In this document: piece after piece, positions 1 to 10,131 of the stretch
Layout: the number at the start of each line of letters is the position of its first letter
How positions within the stretch are numbered: the stretch's first letter is position 1
DNA from: a bacterium
GTDB lineage: Bacteria > J088 > JAWLBW01
Reading direction: 5' to 3'
DNA: 64,000 nt
NCBI GenBank assembly: GCA_041690355.1
Contig: JAWLHK010000018.1
Coordinates: 1 to 64,000, forward strand
Notes under the pieces: model-generated
What the model saw: the letters and a program-made list of their open reading frames with translations, nothing else
Told to the model about the DNA's origin: nothing
Databases searched by the model: none
Translations under genes and position numbers: made by a program

Positions 1-531
1 TTATCGGCAAGGACCACACGACCGTTCGCCTCGAGCTGACGGCGCGGAGCAGAGTGGAGCGCGACAGCGAGGGGGCCACCCAAATGACGGGTTACGAGTG
101 ACGAGTCGGGAACCTGCTGATTGACGATTGACAATTTACGATTGACGATTTATCGGCAAGGACCACACGACCGTTCGCCCCGAGCTGACTGCGCGGAACA
201 GAGTGGAGCGCGACAGCGAGGGGGCCACCCAAATGACGGGTTACGAGTGACGAGTCGGGAACCTGCTGATTGACGATTGTACGATTGACGATTTATCGGC
301 AAGGACCACACGACCGTTCGCCTCGAGCTGACGGCGCGGAGCAGAGTGGAGCGCGACAGCGAGGGGGCCACCCAAATGACGGGTTACGAGTGACGAGTCG
401 GGAACCTGCTGATTGACGATTGACAATTTACGATTGACGATTTATCGGCAAGGACCACACGACCGTTCGCCCCGAGCTGACGGCGCGGAACAGAGTGGAG
501 CGCGACAGCGAGGGGGCTACCCAAATGACGA
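1..531. repeat. Tandem repeat, ~3.6 units of 143-149 bp (units start at 1, 150, 293, 442), probably continuing left of the window
   Basis: Each unit begins ttatcggcaaggaccacacgaccgttcgcc. Units are near-identical along their full length and contain heptamer runs (gattgac, tgacgag). Confidence 0.95.
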
Positions 532-597
532 GTGAAGCCGAGTGACGAATTTCCGGGAAATGAGCCTGCCACGTTGGCCCTTGCTGCTGTCGGGCGC

Positions 598-1335
598 TCA
601 GCGCTTAGCGCTTTCCGGGCGGTGGAAGATACCGTCGACCTGGAGAAGTTCGCCCGTCTTCGGATCCGCAAAGCCGCCTTCCAGGGAGACGAGCACATAG
701 CCCCGTTCCGCCAGATAGGCCGTCATGTCGGGGAACAAGGTCTCGCCCGCGTAGAGCGGAACCAGAGACATCTCGAGCTGCACCGTGTCGATGCGGGGGA
801 GCGAACGTGAAGCGCCGTCGAGAACCTGCCGCTCAAACCCCTGGGTGTCAATCTTCAGGTAGGCATTCCGCGCATCCCCGCATACGTCCGCGAAGATTCC
901 GTCGAGAGCCTTCACCTCGATGGTCTCGCGCCCCACGTACCGGGACTCCGGCGCCGAGCGCACGTGGGCGGGGAGCATGTCGAGCAAAGAGCTGCTCCAG
1001 GAGTTGCCGGCAACGTTGATCTCGCGCGTCTCGGCCTTGTCTCCCAGGGCCCACCGATGCACGTCCCAGGCAGGGTCGCGGGCGGCCTTCTGCTCGAGCG
1101 CCTTGAAGGCCGCCCGGAGCGGCTCGAACGACACGATGCGTCCCCGAAAACCGAGATCGCGCCGGAGCTGCTGCGCGAACTGTCCCGCGTTGGCCCCCAC
1201 GTCGAATACGGTGTCGATTCCATAGGTCGCCAGCAGCCGCCGCCGCCGGGCCAGCAGGTGCGAAGCCGGGTCGAACCGCACCAGGTCGAGCCCCGTCTTC
1301 CACAGCAACCGTCTTACTTCATGCCCGACGCTCAT
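598..1335 (-). CDS. FkbM family SAM-dependent methyltransferase
   Basis: VFDVGANAGQF, SFEP and LKIDTQGFE motifs. Confidence 0.9.
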   Translation of the reverse strand: MSVGHEVRRLLWKTGLDLVRFDPASHLLARRRRLLATYGIDTVFDVGANAGQFAQQLRRDLGFRGRIVSFEPLRAAFKALEQKAARDPAWDVHRWALGDKAETREINVAGNSWSSSLLDMLPAHVRSAPESRYVGRETIEVKALDGIFADVCGDARNAYLKIDTQGFERQVLDGASRSLPRIDTVQLEMSLVPLYAGETLFPDMTAYLAERGYVLVSLEGGFADPKTGELLQVDGIFHRPESAKR

Positions 1336-1341
1336 TCCGCT

Positions 1342-2211
1342 TCACCGCTGGAAGAAGGCCTCGATGAGCTGCTTCGCTTCGGGAGAGACGAGCAGATCCG
1401 TAAACGCCTGCTTTTCGATCTCCATGCCGTCGCGGGTCGCGACGGCCGCCCCGCGCAGCACCGTGTCGATGGCCGTGCGGCGGGCGCGCGCCATGGCATG
1501 CGCGGGATCGATGGCGGCCTCGGCTTCGGCGCGCAGGGAATCGACGTTGGCGGGCAGGGAGAGCGCGCCCCCCTCCCGTTCCCAGGGGCGGACGTGGTCC
1601 ATCCCGGCGAGCTCGCGCGCGTAGGCCGTGGCGGCCGCAAGCAGCTCCCCGGGGGGAACCATGCGGGCGGCGACGCCGAGGCGCACCGCTTCGGCGGCGT
1701 CGAAGCTGTCGCCCGTGGGCACGTAACGGAGCGCCGCCGCAATGCCGGCCACGCGCGGGAAGCGCTGGGTTCCCCCGGCGCCGGGAATGAGCCCGAGCTT
1801 CACTTCGGGAAGGCCGAGCTGGACCGTCGGCGCATCGGCGACCACGATGCCCTGGCAGGCGAGGGCGACCTCGAGTCCGCCGCCCAGCGTGGCCCCCTGG
1901 ATGGCCGCCACCACCGGCTTGCGCAGGCGGGCCAGGCGATCGAGCACGACGTGGGCCCGGTCGACCATGGTGCGCGCGCCGGCCGCGTCGGTGACCGTCT
2001 GCAGTTCCGCAATATCGGCGCCGGCGATCCAGATCTTCGGCTTGGCCGAGGCGAGCACGATGGCCTGGATGCGGTCGTCGCTCTCCCACTCGGCGAGCCG
2101 CCGATCGATCTGCTCCCAGAGGGCGATCGAGAGCTTGTTTACTTTGGAGGCGGGGTCGTCGAAGGTGCCGAAGGCCACCCCGTCCCGGATGTCGGAGCGT
2201 AAGAGTTCCAT
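1342..2211 (-). CDS. Enoyl-CoA hydratase/isomerase family protein (FadJ N-terminal-like)
   Basis: IAGADI, LGGGLEVALAC and GLPEVKLGLIPGAGGTQR motifs; start moved to ATG 2211 behind a -10 box. Confidence 0.9.
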   Translation of the reverse strand: MELLRSDIRDGVAFGTFDDPASKVNKLSIALWEQIDRRLAEWESDDRIQAIVLASAKPKIWIAGADIAELQTVTDAAGARTMVDRAHVVLDRLARLRKPVVAAIQGATLGGGLEVALACQGIVVADAPTVQLGLPEVKLGLIPGAGGTQRFPRVAGIAAALRYVPTGDSFDAAEAVRLGVAARMVPPGELLAAATAYARELAGMDHVRPWEREGGALSLPANVDSLRAEAEAAIDPAHAMARARRTAIDTVLRGAAVATRDGMEIEKQAFTDLLVSPEAKQLIEAFFQR

Positions 2212-2362
2212 GGCGCAATGGTAGCACGCGACCTTCCGCATGGCACGCGCGGGGATTTGGCGAACGCCTCTTCCGCGACTGCATTCACGCCCGGCATTTC
2301 TCCATGGCGGCGTGCCCTGTGGTAGAGTAATGGTTTTCTTTCCATCCTCGACTGGGTGACCG

Positions 2363-3223
2363 ATGATCCCGTATTTCACGCAGCCCGCGCTGCATCTCGG
2401 CTCGATTACAATTCATGCGTTCGGCGTTCTCGTGGCGCTCGCCGTCATTTCGGGGGAATGGCTTGCCAGCCGCCGGGCGAAGCAGGAAGGGCTCGACCCG
2501 CGCGTGACCGACGGCGTCGTCTGGTGGGCGATCATCATCGGGTTCATCATCTCCCACCTGTATTCCGTCTTCTTCTACTTCCCCGACCGGCTCATGCGCG
2601 AGCCGCTCTATCTGATCAAGGTCTGGGACGGCATCAGCTCGTTCGGCGGCATGCTCGGCGGCCTCATCGGCATCGCCCTCTACTTCCGCATCAAGCAGCC
2701 GAACATGCCGTCGGTCACCAGATGGCGCTATATTGATTCGCTCGCGTTCGCATTCCCCTTCGCCTGGGTCTTCGGGCGCATGGGATGCAGCACGGCGCAC
2801 GACCACCCGGGCATCGTGACCGATTTCCCGATCAGCATCAGCCTGCAGACCGAGGCGGCGCAGGATTTCATCTACGGGGTTTACGCGAGCGCCGGCATGC
2901 TCGAGAAGCTGCCGCCGATGGATCGGTTGAGCACGATGGGATTCTTTGACCTGGGGCTGCTCGAGCTGCTCTACACGCTCTTCGTGCTCGTGCCCCTCTT
3001 TCTGTTCATGGGGCGTAAGTCGCGGCCGGCCGGCTTTTTCCTGCTGCTGTTCCTGACGACCTACACGCCGGTGCGCTTCGGGCTCGACTTCCTGCGCCTC
3101 GCCGACGTGAAGTACGCCGGCCTCACGCCGGGGCAGTGGGCGATCATTCCGCTCTTCGCGATCTCGACCTATATCCTGGTGCGCGTGTTGCCGAAGACGC
3201 AGGCGGCGGGCGCGACGAGCTGA
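2363..3223 (+). CDS. lgt: Prolipoprotein diacylglyceryl transferase
   Basis: Multi-TM protein with WDGISSFGG, GRMGC and RFGLDFLR motifs. Confidence 0.85.
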   Translation: MIPYFTQPALHLGSITIHAFGVLVALAVISGEWLASRRAKQEGLDPRVTDGVVWWAIIIGFIISHLYSVFFYFPDRLMREPLYLIKVWDGISSFGGMLGGLIGIALYFRIKQPNMPSVTRWRYIDSLAFAFPFAWVFGRMGCSTAHDHPGIVTDFPISISLQTEAAQDFIYGVYASAGMLEKLPPMDRLSTMGFFDLGLLELLYTLFVLVPLFLFMGRKSRPAGFFLLLFLTTYTPVRFGLDFLRLADVKYAGLTPGQWAIIPLFAISTYILVRVLPKTQAAGATS

Positions 3224-3297
3224 AGCGGAACTTTCCGGCCACGCCCGTCCCTCTGACTTGAGCGCAAGGAGTGCTCAGGCGTGAAGCACTGAAAACG

Positions 3298-3323
3298 AAA
3301 AGGGCTCCCTCGGGAGCCCTTTT
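3298..3323. terminator. Bidirectional intrinsic terminator
   Basis: aaaagggctccc-tc-gggagccctttt between convergent genes. Confidence 0.85.
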
Positions 3324-3346
3324 CTATTCCGCCAGGCGACAGAAGG

Positions 3347-3799
3347 TCACTGCAGGTGGTGTTCCTTCATCAGGCGGCGCAGCTCCTCGCGGTTGCGGCG
3401 CAGGGCCACGAGCAGATCGAAATAGCGCCGCGGGTTGCGATCGGCGGCCAGTTCCTGCAGCAGGGCCGCAAGGCCGGGATCGACCGCCTTGAGCTGATCG
3501 TGGCCCGAGGCGAGCCACTTGCCGAGCGCCGTCGTCGCGTTGCGGCGGCGCGGGGCCGGCAGATCGTCGACCAGGTACCCGGGGTGCACCTTGAAGAACC
3601 GTGCCAGCTGCTCGCGGGTGTCGGCCGTCAGGTGTCTGCGCTTGCCGCTTTCGAGCTGCGAAAGATAAGCCTGGGTGATGCCGCGGCCCGTTTCGGTCTT
3701 GATCAGCCGCGCGACTTCACTCTGGGTGAGCGGGCGATCGAGCCCGCGCGATTTGCCTTCCTGCGCGCGAAGTTCCTTCAGTTTCTCGGCCAGAGTCAT
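3347..3799 (-). CDS. XRE-family HTH transcriptional regulator
   Basis: LAEKLKELR...LTQSEVA...ITQAYLSQLESGKR. Confidence 0.85.
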   Translation of the reverse strand: MTLAEKLKELRAQEGKSRGLDRPLTQSEVARLIKTETGRGITQAYLSQLESGKRRHLTADTREQLARFFKVHPGYLVDDLPAPRRRNATTALGKWLASGHDQLKAVDPGLAALLQELAADRNPRRYFDLLVALRRNREELRRLMKEHHLQ

Positions 3800-3900
3800 G
3801 ATGCGGGTGCTCCGAAAATTCACAGATGAAACAAATCAGGGTATCAGGAAGGCGCCGCCGAGTCAGGCGGCTTCCCGCGAAAACCGTGCAGCAGCGCCAT

Positions 3901-4911
3901 TCAGGACTTTTCAGGGCTGCCGGGCGGGGGCGTGTGACGCCGCGGATCGAGGCGCACGGTCGTTTCCTCGGTGGTGAGAAATCGGTGCAGATCTTCCGTT
4001 TCGATCTGCAAGGTGACGTGATGGATACCGTGGCGGCTGCGAAGCAGTCCCTGGGACTGCATGAGAATGAGATCGCGGTCGGCCTCGCCGGTGACGATGA
4101 GGTGCCCGGTGAGCGAAATCAGGCCCGTGCTGATGCGCCACACGTGAAAATCATGCACCCCACGGACGTCTGGTATGCCGATCAGGTCCTCCTGGAGATC
4201 GCGGAGATCGATGTCGGCCGGCGCCGCTTCCATGAGAATTTCGACCGACTCGCGCATCAGGCCGAACGAACCCCAGAAGATCAGGGCGGCGATGATGAGC
4301 GATGCGATGGGGTCGGCCACTGGGCTACCGCCGCCGAGCATGATGAGGCCTGCGCCGAGCGCGCCGACCGAACCGGCCGCATCGGCGATCAGGTGAATAT
4401 AGGCGCCGTGGACGTTCAGGTCGTGCCGGTGGTCGCGGTGCAGGAGCCAGGCGCTCACAACGTTGGCCAGCAATCCGGCGGCCGCAATGAACGCCATGGG
4501 CATCGCATCGACCGGGGCCGGCGCTGAAAATCGCTGAATGGCTTCCCAGACGACGACGCCGACGATGACCCACAGCAGGAGCGCGTTGACGAAGGCGGCG
4601 ATGATTTCGGCGCGCCGGAAGCCAAAGGTCCGGTGAAGTCCGGCGGGCCGTGCCGCCAGCCAGCGCGCGAAAACGGCCAGGGCCAGCGCGCCGACGTCGG
4701 TCAGCATGTGGCCGGCGTCGCTGAGCAGGGCAAGGCTGTTCGTCAGCCAGCCGCCGATGGCCTCGACGAGCAGAAAAACGAAATTGATGACGAGCGCAAT
4801 GATCAGGCGTCGGGTCGTGCCGGAGCCATCGCTGTGGCCGGAGCGATCGCCGGGGGAGGACGCGGGACCATGGTCGTGCCGATGCGCGAAACCGCCGTGC
4901 GCATGTCCCAT
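3901..4911 (-). CDS. Cation diffusion facilitator (CzcD/ZitB-like Zn/Co/Cd exporter)
   Basis: His-rich N-terminus; SLALLSDAGHMLTD, HLIAD and HDFHVW motifs. Confidence 0.93.
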   Translation of the reverse strand: MGHAHGGFAHRHDHGPASSPGDRSGHSDGSGTTRRLIIALVINFVFLLVEAIGGWLTNSLALLSDAGHMLTDVGALALAVFARWLAARPAGLHRTFGFRRAEIIAAFVNALLLWVIVGVVVWEAIQRFSAPAPVDAMPMAFIAAAGLLANVVSAWLLHRDHRHDLNVHGAYIHLIADAAGSVGALGAGLIMLGGGSPVADPIASLIIAALIFWGSFGLMRESVEILMEAAPADIDLRDLQEDLIGIPDVRGVHDFHVWRISTGLISLTGHLIVTGEADRDLILMQSQGLLRSRHGIHHVTLQIETEDLHRFLTTEETTVRLDPRRHTPPPGSPEKS

Positions 4912-5022
4912 GGCCGACAGTATACCACCGCGGGGCGCCCGCCGGGCGAGGACCGCCTTGCAGAAGAGACCGCGACGTCATTCGCTTCGATGGGCGGCCC
5001 GCCGGGCGGGTCGAGGGTCGTC

Positions 5023-5050
5023 TTGACAAACCCGGGTCGCTAAGTATACT
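5023..5050 (+). promoter_or_regulatory. Sigma70-type promoter for the IHF/HU gene
   Basis: TTGACA-16 nt-TATACT. Confidence 0.6.
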
Positions 5051-5108
5051 GAAACACTAGGTATTGTTCTCATGATCCGCACGCGGAACACGTCGAGGGA
5101 GTGTAGGT

Positions 5109-5414
<306 letters not shown>

Positions 5415-5451
5415 GGATGCATCGGCCGCACGCAATCTTCTTTCGATGACC

Positions 5452-5475
5452 AAGGCCCCGTTCGCGGGGCTTTTT
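5452..5475 (+). terminator. Intrinsic terminator
   Basis: gccccg-ttcg-cggggc followed by a T run. Confidence 0.75.
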
Positions 5476-5492
5476 GCTTGCAGCGGGCGCTC

Positions 5493-6611
5493 ATGAAACC
5501 GTCGTTTTTCCAGTGGGGCCGCAGCGGGCTGACCGCATTTCTCGCCGACTTGGGCGAGCCCGCCTACCGGGCAACCCAGCTGCTGCGCTGGGTGTACGGC
5601 CGCGGGGTGACCGACCCGGAAGGCATGAGCGATCTGGGCAAGGAGCTGCGCGCGCGCCTGGCCGAAGCGATTGACTTCACGCCTCCGTCGGTGGCGACGA
5701 TGCAGGAGTCGGTCGACGGCACACGCAAGTACCTTTTCAGCCTGCACGACGGCGAGCAGATCGAATCGGTCATGATCCCCGAAGGAGAGCGGCGCACGCT
5801 CTGCATGTCGAGCCAGGTCGGCTGCGCCATGGGGTGCCGCTTCTGCTTCACGGCCCGCGGGGGGCTCACGCGGAACATGACGCCCGGCGAAATCGCATGG
5901 CAATTCTCGCTTGTCGAGCGCGATCTCGAGGCGCTCGCGGGGGCCCGGCCCGGCAACAAGTACGACCGCGCACTCAGCAACGTCGTCTTCATGGGCATGG
6001 GCGAGCCGCTGCAGAATCTCGATAATCTGGTGGAGTCCATCGAAATCCTCACGGCAGACTGGGGGTTCGGGCTGGCCCCGCGGCGCATCACCGTCTCGAC
6101 GGTGGGCATCGTCCCCAGCATCGCCCCCATGCTCGCGCGTACGAAAGCCAACCTCGCCATCAGTCTGCACGCGCCGACCAGCGAGCAGCGGTTGAAAATC
6201 GTGCCGATGGAAAAGAAGTACCCCATCGACGCCCTGCTGCAGGCCTGCCGCGACCTCGACCTGCCCCGCCGCCGGCGCATCACCTTCGAATACGTGCTGC
6301 TCGGCGGAGTCAACGATCGCCTCGAGGACGCGACCCGGCTCGCCAGGCTGCTGCGCGGCCTGCCGGCCAAGATCAACCTGATCCCCTTCAACAGCTTTCC
6401 CGGCGCGCCCTATGCGGAACCGAAGGCGCAGGACATCCAGGCGTTCCAGCAGAAACTGCACGCCGCCGGCTACCAGGTCTTCGTGCGCAAGCGCCGCGGT
6501 GAGGATATCCTCGCGGCCTGCGGGCAGCTGCGGGGCGAGGTGAAGGAAGAGCGCATGCCGCGCTGGGCGCGGGACGAGCTGCGCACCGGTGGGACGCCGA
6601 CGACCCCCTGA
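5493..6611 (+). CDS. rlmN: 23S rRNA m2A2503 radical SAM methyltransferase
   Basis: CMSSQVGCAMGCRFC, MGMGEP and DILAACGQL motifs. Confidence 0.96.
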   Translation: MKPSFFQWGRSGLTAFLADLGEPAYRATQLLRWVYGRGVTDPEGMSDLGKELRARLAEAIDFTPPSVATMQESVDGTRKYLFSLHDGEQIESVMIPEGERRTLCMSSQVGCAMGCRFCFTARGGLTRNMTPGEIAWQFSLVERDLEALAGARPGNKYDRALSNVVFMGMGEPLQNLDNLVESIEILTADWGFGLAPRRITVSTVGIVPSIAPMLARTKANLAISLHAPTSEQRLKIVPMEKKYPIDALLQACRDLDLPRRRRITFEYVLLGGVNDRLEDATRLARLLRGLPAKINLIPFNSFPGAPYAEPKAQDIQAFQQKLHAAGYQVFVRKRRGEDILAACGQLRGEVKEERMPRWARDELRTGGTPTTP

Positions 6612-6694
6612 GGGACATCCGGACGGCATACCATGAATATGGTATGTACGTAGCGGGTCGCTACAGGGTATAGTGGCCCTTTTCGCGGAGGATC

Positions 6695-7105
6695 ATGGCA
6701 AGGCTTGCTCGAAGAGTTCTCGTCATCGATGACGAACCGGCGGTGTGCGAACTTGTCGCGCGAGTCCTGGAACCGGTTGCTCAGGTATGCATGGCGCATA
6801 CGGGCGCCGAGGCCCGGCGGTTGCTGGAGGGGCCTGAGCCCTTCGACGTCGTCTTCTGCGATCTGCTGCTGCCCGACACCTCGGGGCGTCAGATCTACGA
6901 GCAGACCCTCGCCACGCGCCCCGATGTGGCCGCCCGCTTCATCTTTCTGACTGGCGCCGTCGATCTGGTCGGCATGCGCTCCTTTCTTCGCGCGAGCGGC
7001 CGGCCGTTTCTCGAGAAACCGTTTCTGCTGCGCCATATCACCGAGGCCGTCGAAAACATGGCGCCGATTTTTCCGCCGGCCCCCGTGCATCCCCCCGCCG
7101 ATTGA
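6695..7105 (+). CDS. Stand-alone response regulator receiver domain
   Basis: VLVIDDE, VFCDLLLP, FLTG and KPF motifs; GGAGG RBS. Confidence 0.88.
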   Translation: MARLARRVLVIDDEPAVCELVARVLEPVAQVCMAHTGAEARRLLEGPEPFDVVFCDLLLPDTSGRQIYEQTLATRPDVAARFIFLTGAVDLVGMRSFLRASGRPFLEKPFLLRHITEAVENMAPIFPPAPVHPPAD

Positions 7106-7221
7106 GGGGGATGAGCGTGCCCAGGAGATAGACGACCTCCATCCGCGCCCGCGGCCAAGGTCGCAGGTCCGGCGCGCTCCCGTAACGTGAAGAGAGACTT
7201 CATTTACTAGGAGCAGAGAGC

Positions 7222-8397
7222 ATGGCACTGGATCTGTTGTCGGAGAGGGGAACCCCGCTCGAACGCCAGAAGTTCACCTTGCGGGAGCTGTCCCCGCCCC
7301 CCATCAGCAAGCTTGATGATGACGCCTTTACCCGTGTGCGCATCATTCTCATGAACGGTATCGAACAGGAAGCGAACCGCTTTCAGCATTACTTCGCGCG
7401 CGGTGATCGCGACCTGCGACTTGCGTTGGCCCGTGTGCGGCGGGTTGAGCACCACCAGCAGACGATGGTCAACTGGCTGCTGCCGGCTGATCAGTCGCCG
7501 CTCGAAACGACGATCGGCTACGAGCAGGTAGCCATCGAGGTCACGGCGTCGGTCGCCCAGCACGAGCCCGACCCCTATCTGGCGCAGGTCTACCGGTTCG
7601 GCATGCTCGAAGACTTCGACCACATGTACCGCTACTCGGCGCTGCTCGACCGCCTGGAGGGAAAGGACGCCAACAACATCCTGCAGAGCTACACCGACGT
7701 GCAACCCGGACGGCCGACGGTCGACGAGCATCGCGCGCCGGAAGACGATCTGCGCCGCTCCTATGACCGCAAGAGCGCCGCGCCGATTTCCAAACTGAAC
7801 GCGCTCACGATCGCGGCCGGCGAGTACCAGACGCGCGACTTCTACATGAACATCGGTCCGACGTGGACCGACCCGGTCGCGCGACAGCTTTACGCCGAAA
7901 TCGCCTCTATCGAAGAGCAGCACGTGACGCAGTACGAGTCACTGAGCGATCCCGAAGAGACGTGGCTCGAGAAGTGGCTGCTGCACGAGGCGACCGAAGT
8001 CTACAACTACTACTCGTGCCTGCAGTCTGAAAGCAATCCCCGGGTCAAGAAAATCTGGGAGCGGTTTGTTGACTACGAGCTGGGCCACCTGCACTTCGTG
8101 CGTGAGCTGTTCGAACAGCGTGAAGGGCGCGACGCCGGAGAAGTCCTCCCCCGCGAGCTGCCCGAGCCGATCGATTACACGAGCCACCGCGCCTACGTAC
8201 GCCAGGTGCTTCGCGACGAAGAAAATCTGACGGCTCACGGCCCTGAAATCGTGCGGGGGCTCGGCACCGACGAAAGCGAGGCGACGCGGGCATACCGGGA
8301 TCACCTCAACAGCGAGGGTAACCCCTCGAATACCGTGGCGGACCGCTATGCATGGCGGCCCGGAACTGAACTTGCTTCGCGCGAACACGCGGCCTGA
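7222..8397 (+). CDS. Ferritin-like (repeated diiron four-helix) protein
   Basis: Repeated E...ExxH-type ligand sets (EDFDH, IEEQH, YELGH). Confidence 0.65.
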   Translation: MALDLLSERGTPLERQKFTLRELSPPPISKLDDDAFTRVRIILMNGIEQEANRFQHYFARGDRDLRLALARVRRVEHHQQTMVNWLLPADQSPLETTIGYEQVAIEVTASVAQHEPDPYLAQVYRFGMLEDFDHMYRYSALLDRLEGKDANNILQSYTDVQPGRPTVDEHRAPEDDLRRSYDRKSAAPISKLNALTIAAGEYQTRDFYMNIGPTWTDPVARQLYAEIASIEEQHVTQYESLSDPEETWLEKWLLHEATEVYNYYSCLQSESNPRVKKIWERFVDYELGHLHFVRELFEQREGRDAGEVLPRELPEPIDYTSHRAYVRQVLRDEENLTAHGPEIVRGLGTDESEATRAYRDHLNSEGNPSNTVADRYAWRPGTELASREHAA

Positions 8398-8407
8398 GGA
8401 GGATGCC

Positions 8408-9148
8408 ATGGCTGAACAGGCAAGCGATACGGGAATGAACCGGACGGGGATCGAAGCGTCGCCGTTCGAATCCAAGGGGATGCTTGAGAATGCCGGCGAC
8501 CAGCCGGTACCCTCGGCCGACGACCTCGCCATGACCCGCGAGCGCAAAGCGTGGATCCGCGTGGCGGCACCCGTCGGCAAGGTGCCGCCACCGATGACGG
8601 GCAAGGGGCTGCTCACGGTGGCGAAGGAAACGCTGAAGGGGAACAAACCGACGGTCTTCGTGAATCGACTGGGCGAACGGCTCGGCTTCGAGCGGGCCGG
8701 GGTGCGCCTGTACGACGCGGTGCTCGCCAAGTTTGACGAGGCGAAGGCCTGGGATGGGGGGCCCATGCGTGAGGAGCTCGTTCGGCACCGGCGCGAAGAA
8801 TGGGAGCATCTGCTCCTGCTCAAAGAAACCATCGAGGTGCTCGGAGCCGACCCGACGACGATGACGCCGGCGGCCGATCTGGCGGCCCTCGCTTCGGAGG
8901 GGGTGGTCAAGGTGATCGCCGATCCGCGCGCCGGGCTGGCTGAATCGCTGGATGCGCTGCTGATTGCCGAGCGTGCCGACAACGATGGGTGGGAGCTGCT
9001 GGTTTCGCTCGCGAAGGAGATTGGCCAGAATTCCCTGGCGGATCGCTTTCAGGCCGCGCTCGAGGAGGAGCGTCGGCATGCCGCCCACGTGAAGACCTGG
9101 GTGGCGGCCGCCGCGACGGCCGAGGTGCGCCGCGAACTCGGCCACTGA
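8408..9148 (+). CDS. Ferritin-like domain protein
   Basis: FERAGVRLY, EEWEH and EERRH motifs; GAGGAGG RBS. Confidence 0.75.
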   Translation: MAEQASDTGMNRTGIEASPFESKGMLENAGDQPVPSADDLAMTRERKAWIRVAAPVGKVPPPMTGKGLLTVAKETLKGNKPTVFVNRLGERLGFERAGVRLYDAVLAKFDEAKAWDGGPMREELVRHRREEWEHLLLLKETIEVLGADPTTMTPAADLAALASEGVVKVIADPRAGLAESLDALLIAERADNDGWELLVSLAKEIGQNSLADRFQAALEEERRHAAHVKTWVAAAATAEVRRELGH

Positions 9149-9270
9149 GGGCCGGTCGCGTCGAGGAGCCGTTCACAGAAGCCGCCCGCCCGCCGCGCCC
9201 CGGCGCCCGGGCGGCGCCTGTTTCGCTCTGCGGGTGACGGATCCACAATGGAGTGCAACGGAGGGAAGCC

Positions 9271-9897
9271 ATGTTCCGCAAGCATTCATCCCGGTCCGAC
9301 ATCGTGCCTCGACTCCTGCTCGCCGCTGCGCTCTCGTTGGCGCTCCCCCTTTCGGCCCCCGGGCTTGCCGCGGCCCAGCCCGCGCCGCAGACGGAAGAGG
9401 AGGCACCGGATGTGCCCGAGCTGCAGGTCGACCAAGCTGAACTCGATCGCCTGACCGGCGACTACGTGCTGGCCGATCCCGAGGGGGCCGAGGCGACAAT
9501 CAAGCAGGCCATCGACGACGTGGTCGACGACATGTTCTTTCTCACCCGGGGCTATGCGCGCCGGCAGCTCACCGAATTTACGGAGCCGTGCCCTGGGTTC
9601 GGCATCGAATTCGTCGACGGCGACGCGCACATGGCCTGCAAGGATCGCAACCCGGTCGTCTCGCCCTTCAGCGGCGAGCTGGGCGAACACGTGACCCGCG
9701 AGGGAGACCGGTTCGCGCTGCGGCAGCAGGTTCGCCGTGGCAAGCTCGTGCAGGTCTTCGCGGGCGACGAAGGGATTCGCCGCGACGAACTGGTGCCCCA
9801 GCCCGACGGGGGCATGCTCATGCGGGTGCGTATCGAAAGCGACCAGCTCCCCCGCGACGTGGAGTATGAGCTCCGCTACGACCCTGCAGGGAATTGA
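9271..9897 (+). CDS. Exported hypothetical protein
   Basis: Signal-peptide-like N-terminus; codon usage typical of the host. Confidence 0.6.
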   Translation: MFRKHSSRSDIVPRLLLAAALSLALPLSAPGLAAAQPAPQTEEEAPDVPELQVDQAELDRLTGDYVLADPEGAEATIKQAIDDVVDDMFFLTRGYARRQLTEFTEPCPGFGIEFVDGDAHMACKDRNPVVSPFSGELGEHVTREGDRFALRQQVRRGKLVQVFAGDEGIRRDELVPQPDGGMLMRVRIESDQLPRDVEYELRYDPAGN

Positions 9898-10052
9898 ACG
9901 ATTGACGATTGACGATTGAGACGCTGCAAGCGCGGCGTGCTTTCCGCTTTCATCAAGCGCCGAGCGCCAAGCGCCGATGAGGCAAGGGCGAGGGGGGATG
10001 GGATGTCTGGTCCTTGCCGGCAAATCGTCAATCGTCAATCGTAAATTGTAAA
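9892..10052. repeat. Inverted pair of heptamer (gattgac/gtcaatc) runs enclosing ~100 bp
   Basis: attgacgattgacgattga on the left; ggtccttgccggcaaatcgtcaatcgtcaatcgtaaattgtaaat on the right. The right run is the reverse complement of part of the 149-bp unit. Confidence 0.75.
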
Positions 10053-10131
10053 TCCCCCCGATCCCTGAGGCCCGTGGGTACGCGTAAGGTTCCAACGTGA
10101 CTCCCGGCGCCCGCCTCCTGTATAATCTGAT

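Noticed and set aside
1-531. CRISPR array
   Set aside because: Whole units repeat, there are no unique spacers, the unit is too long and no cas genes are present.
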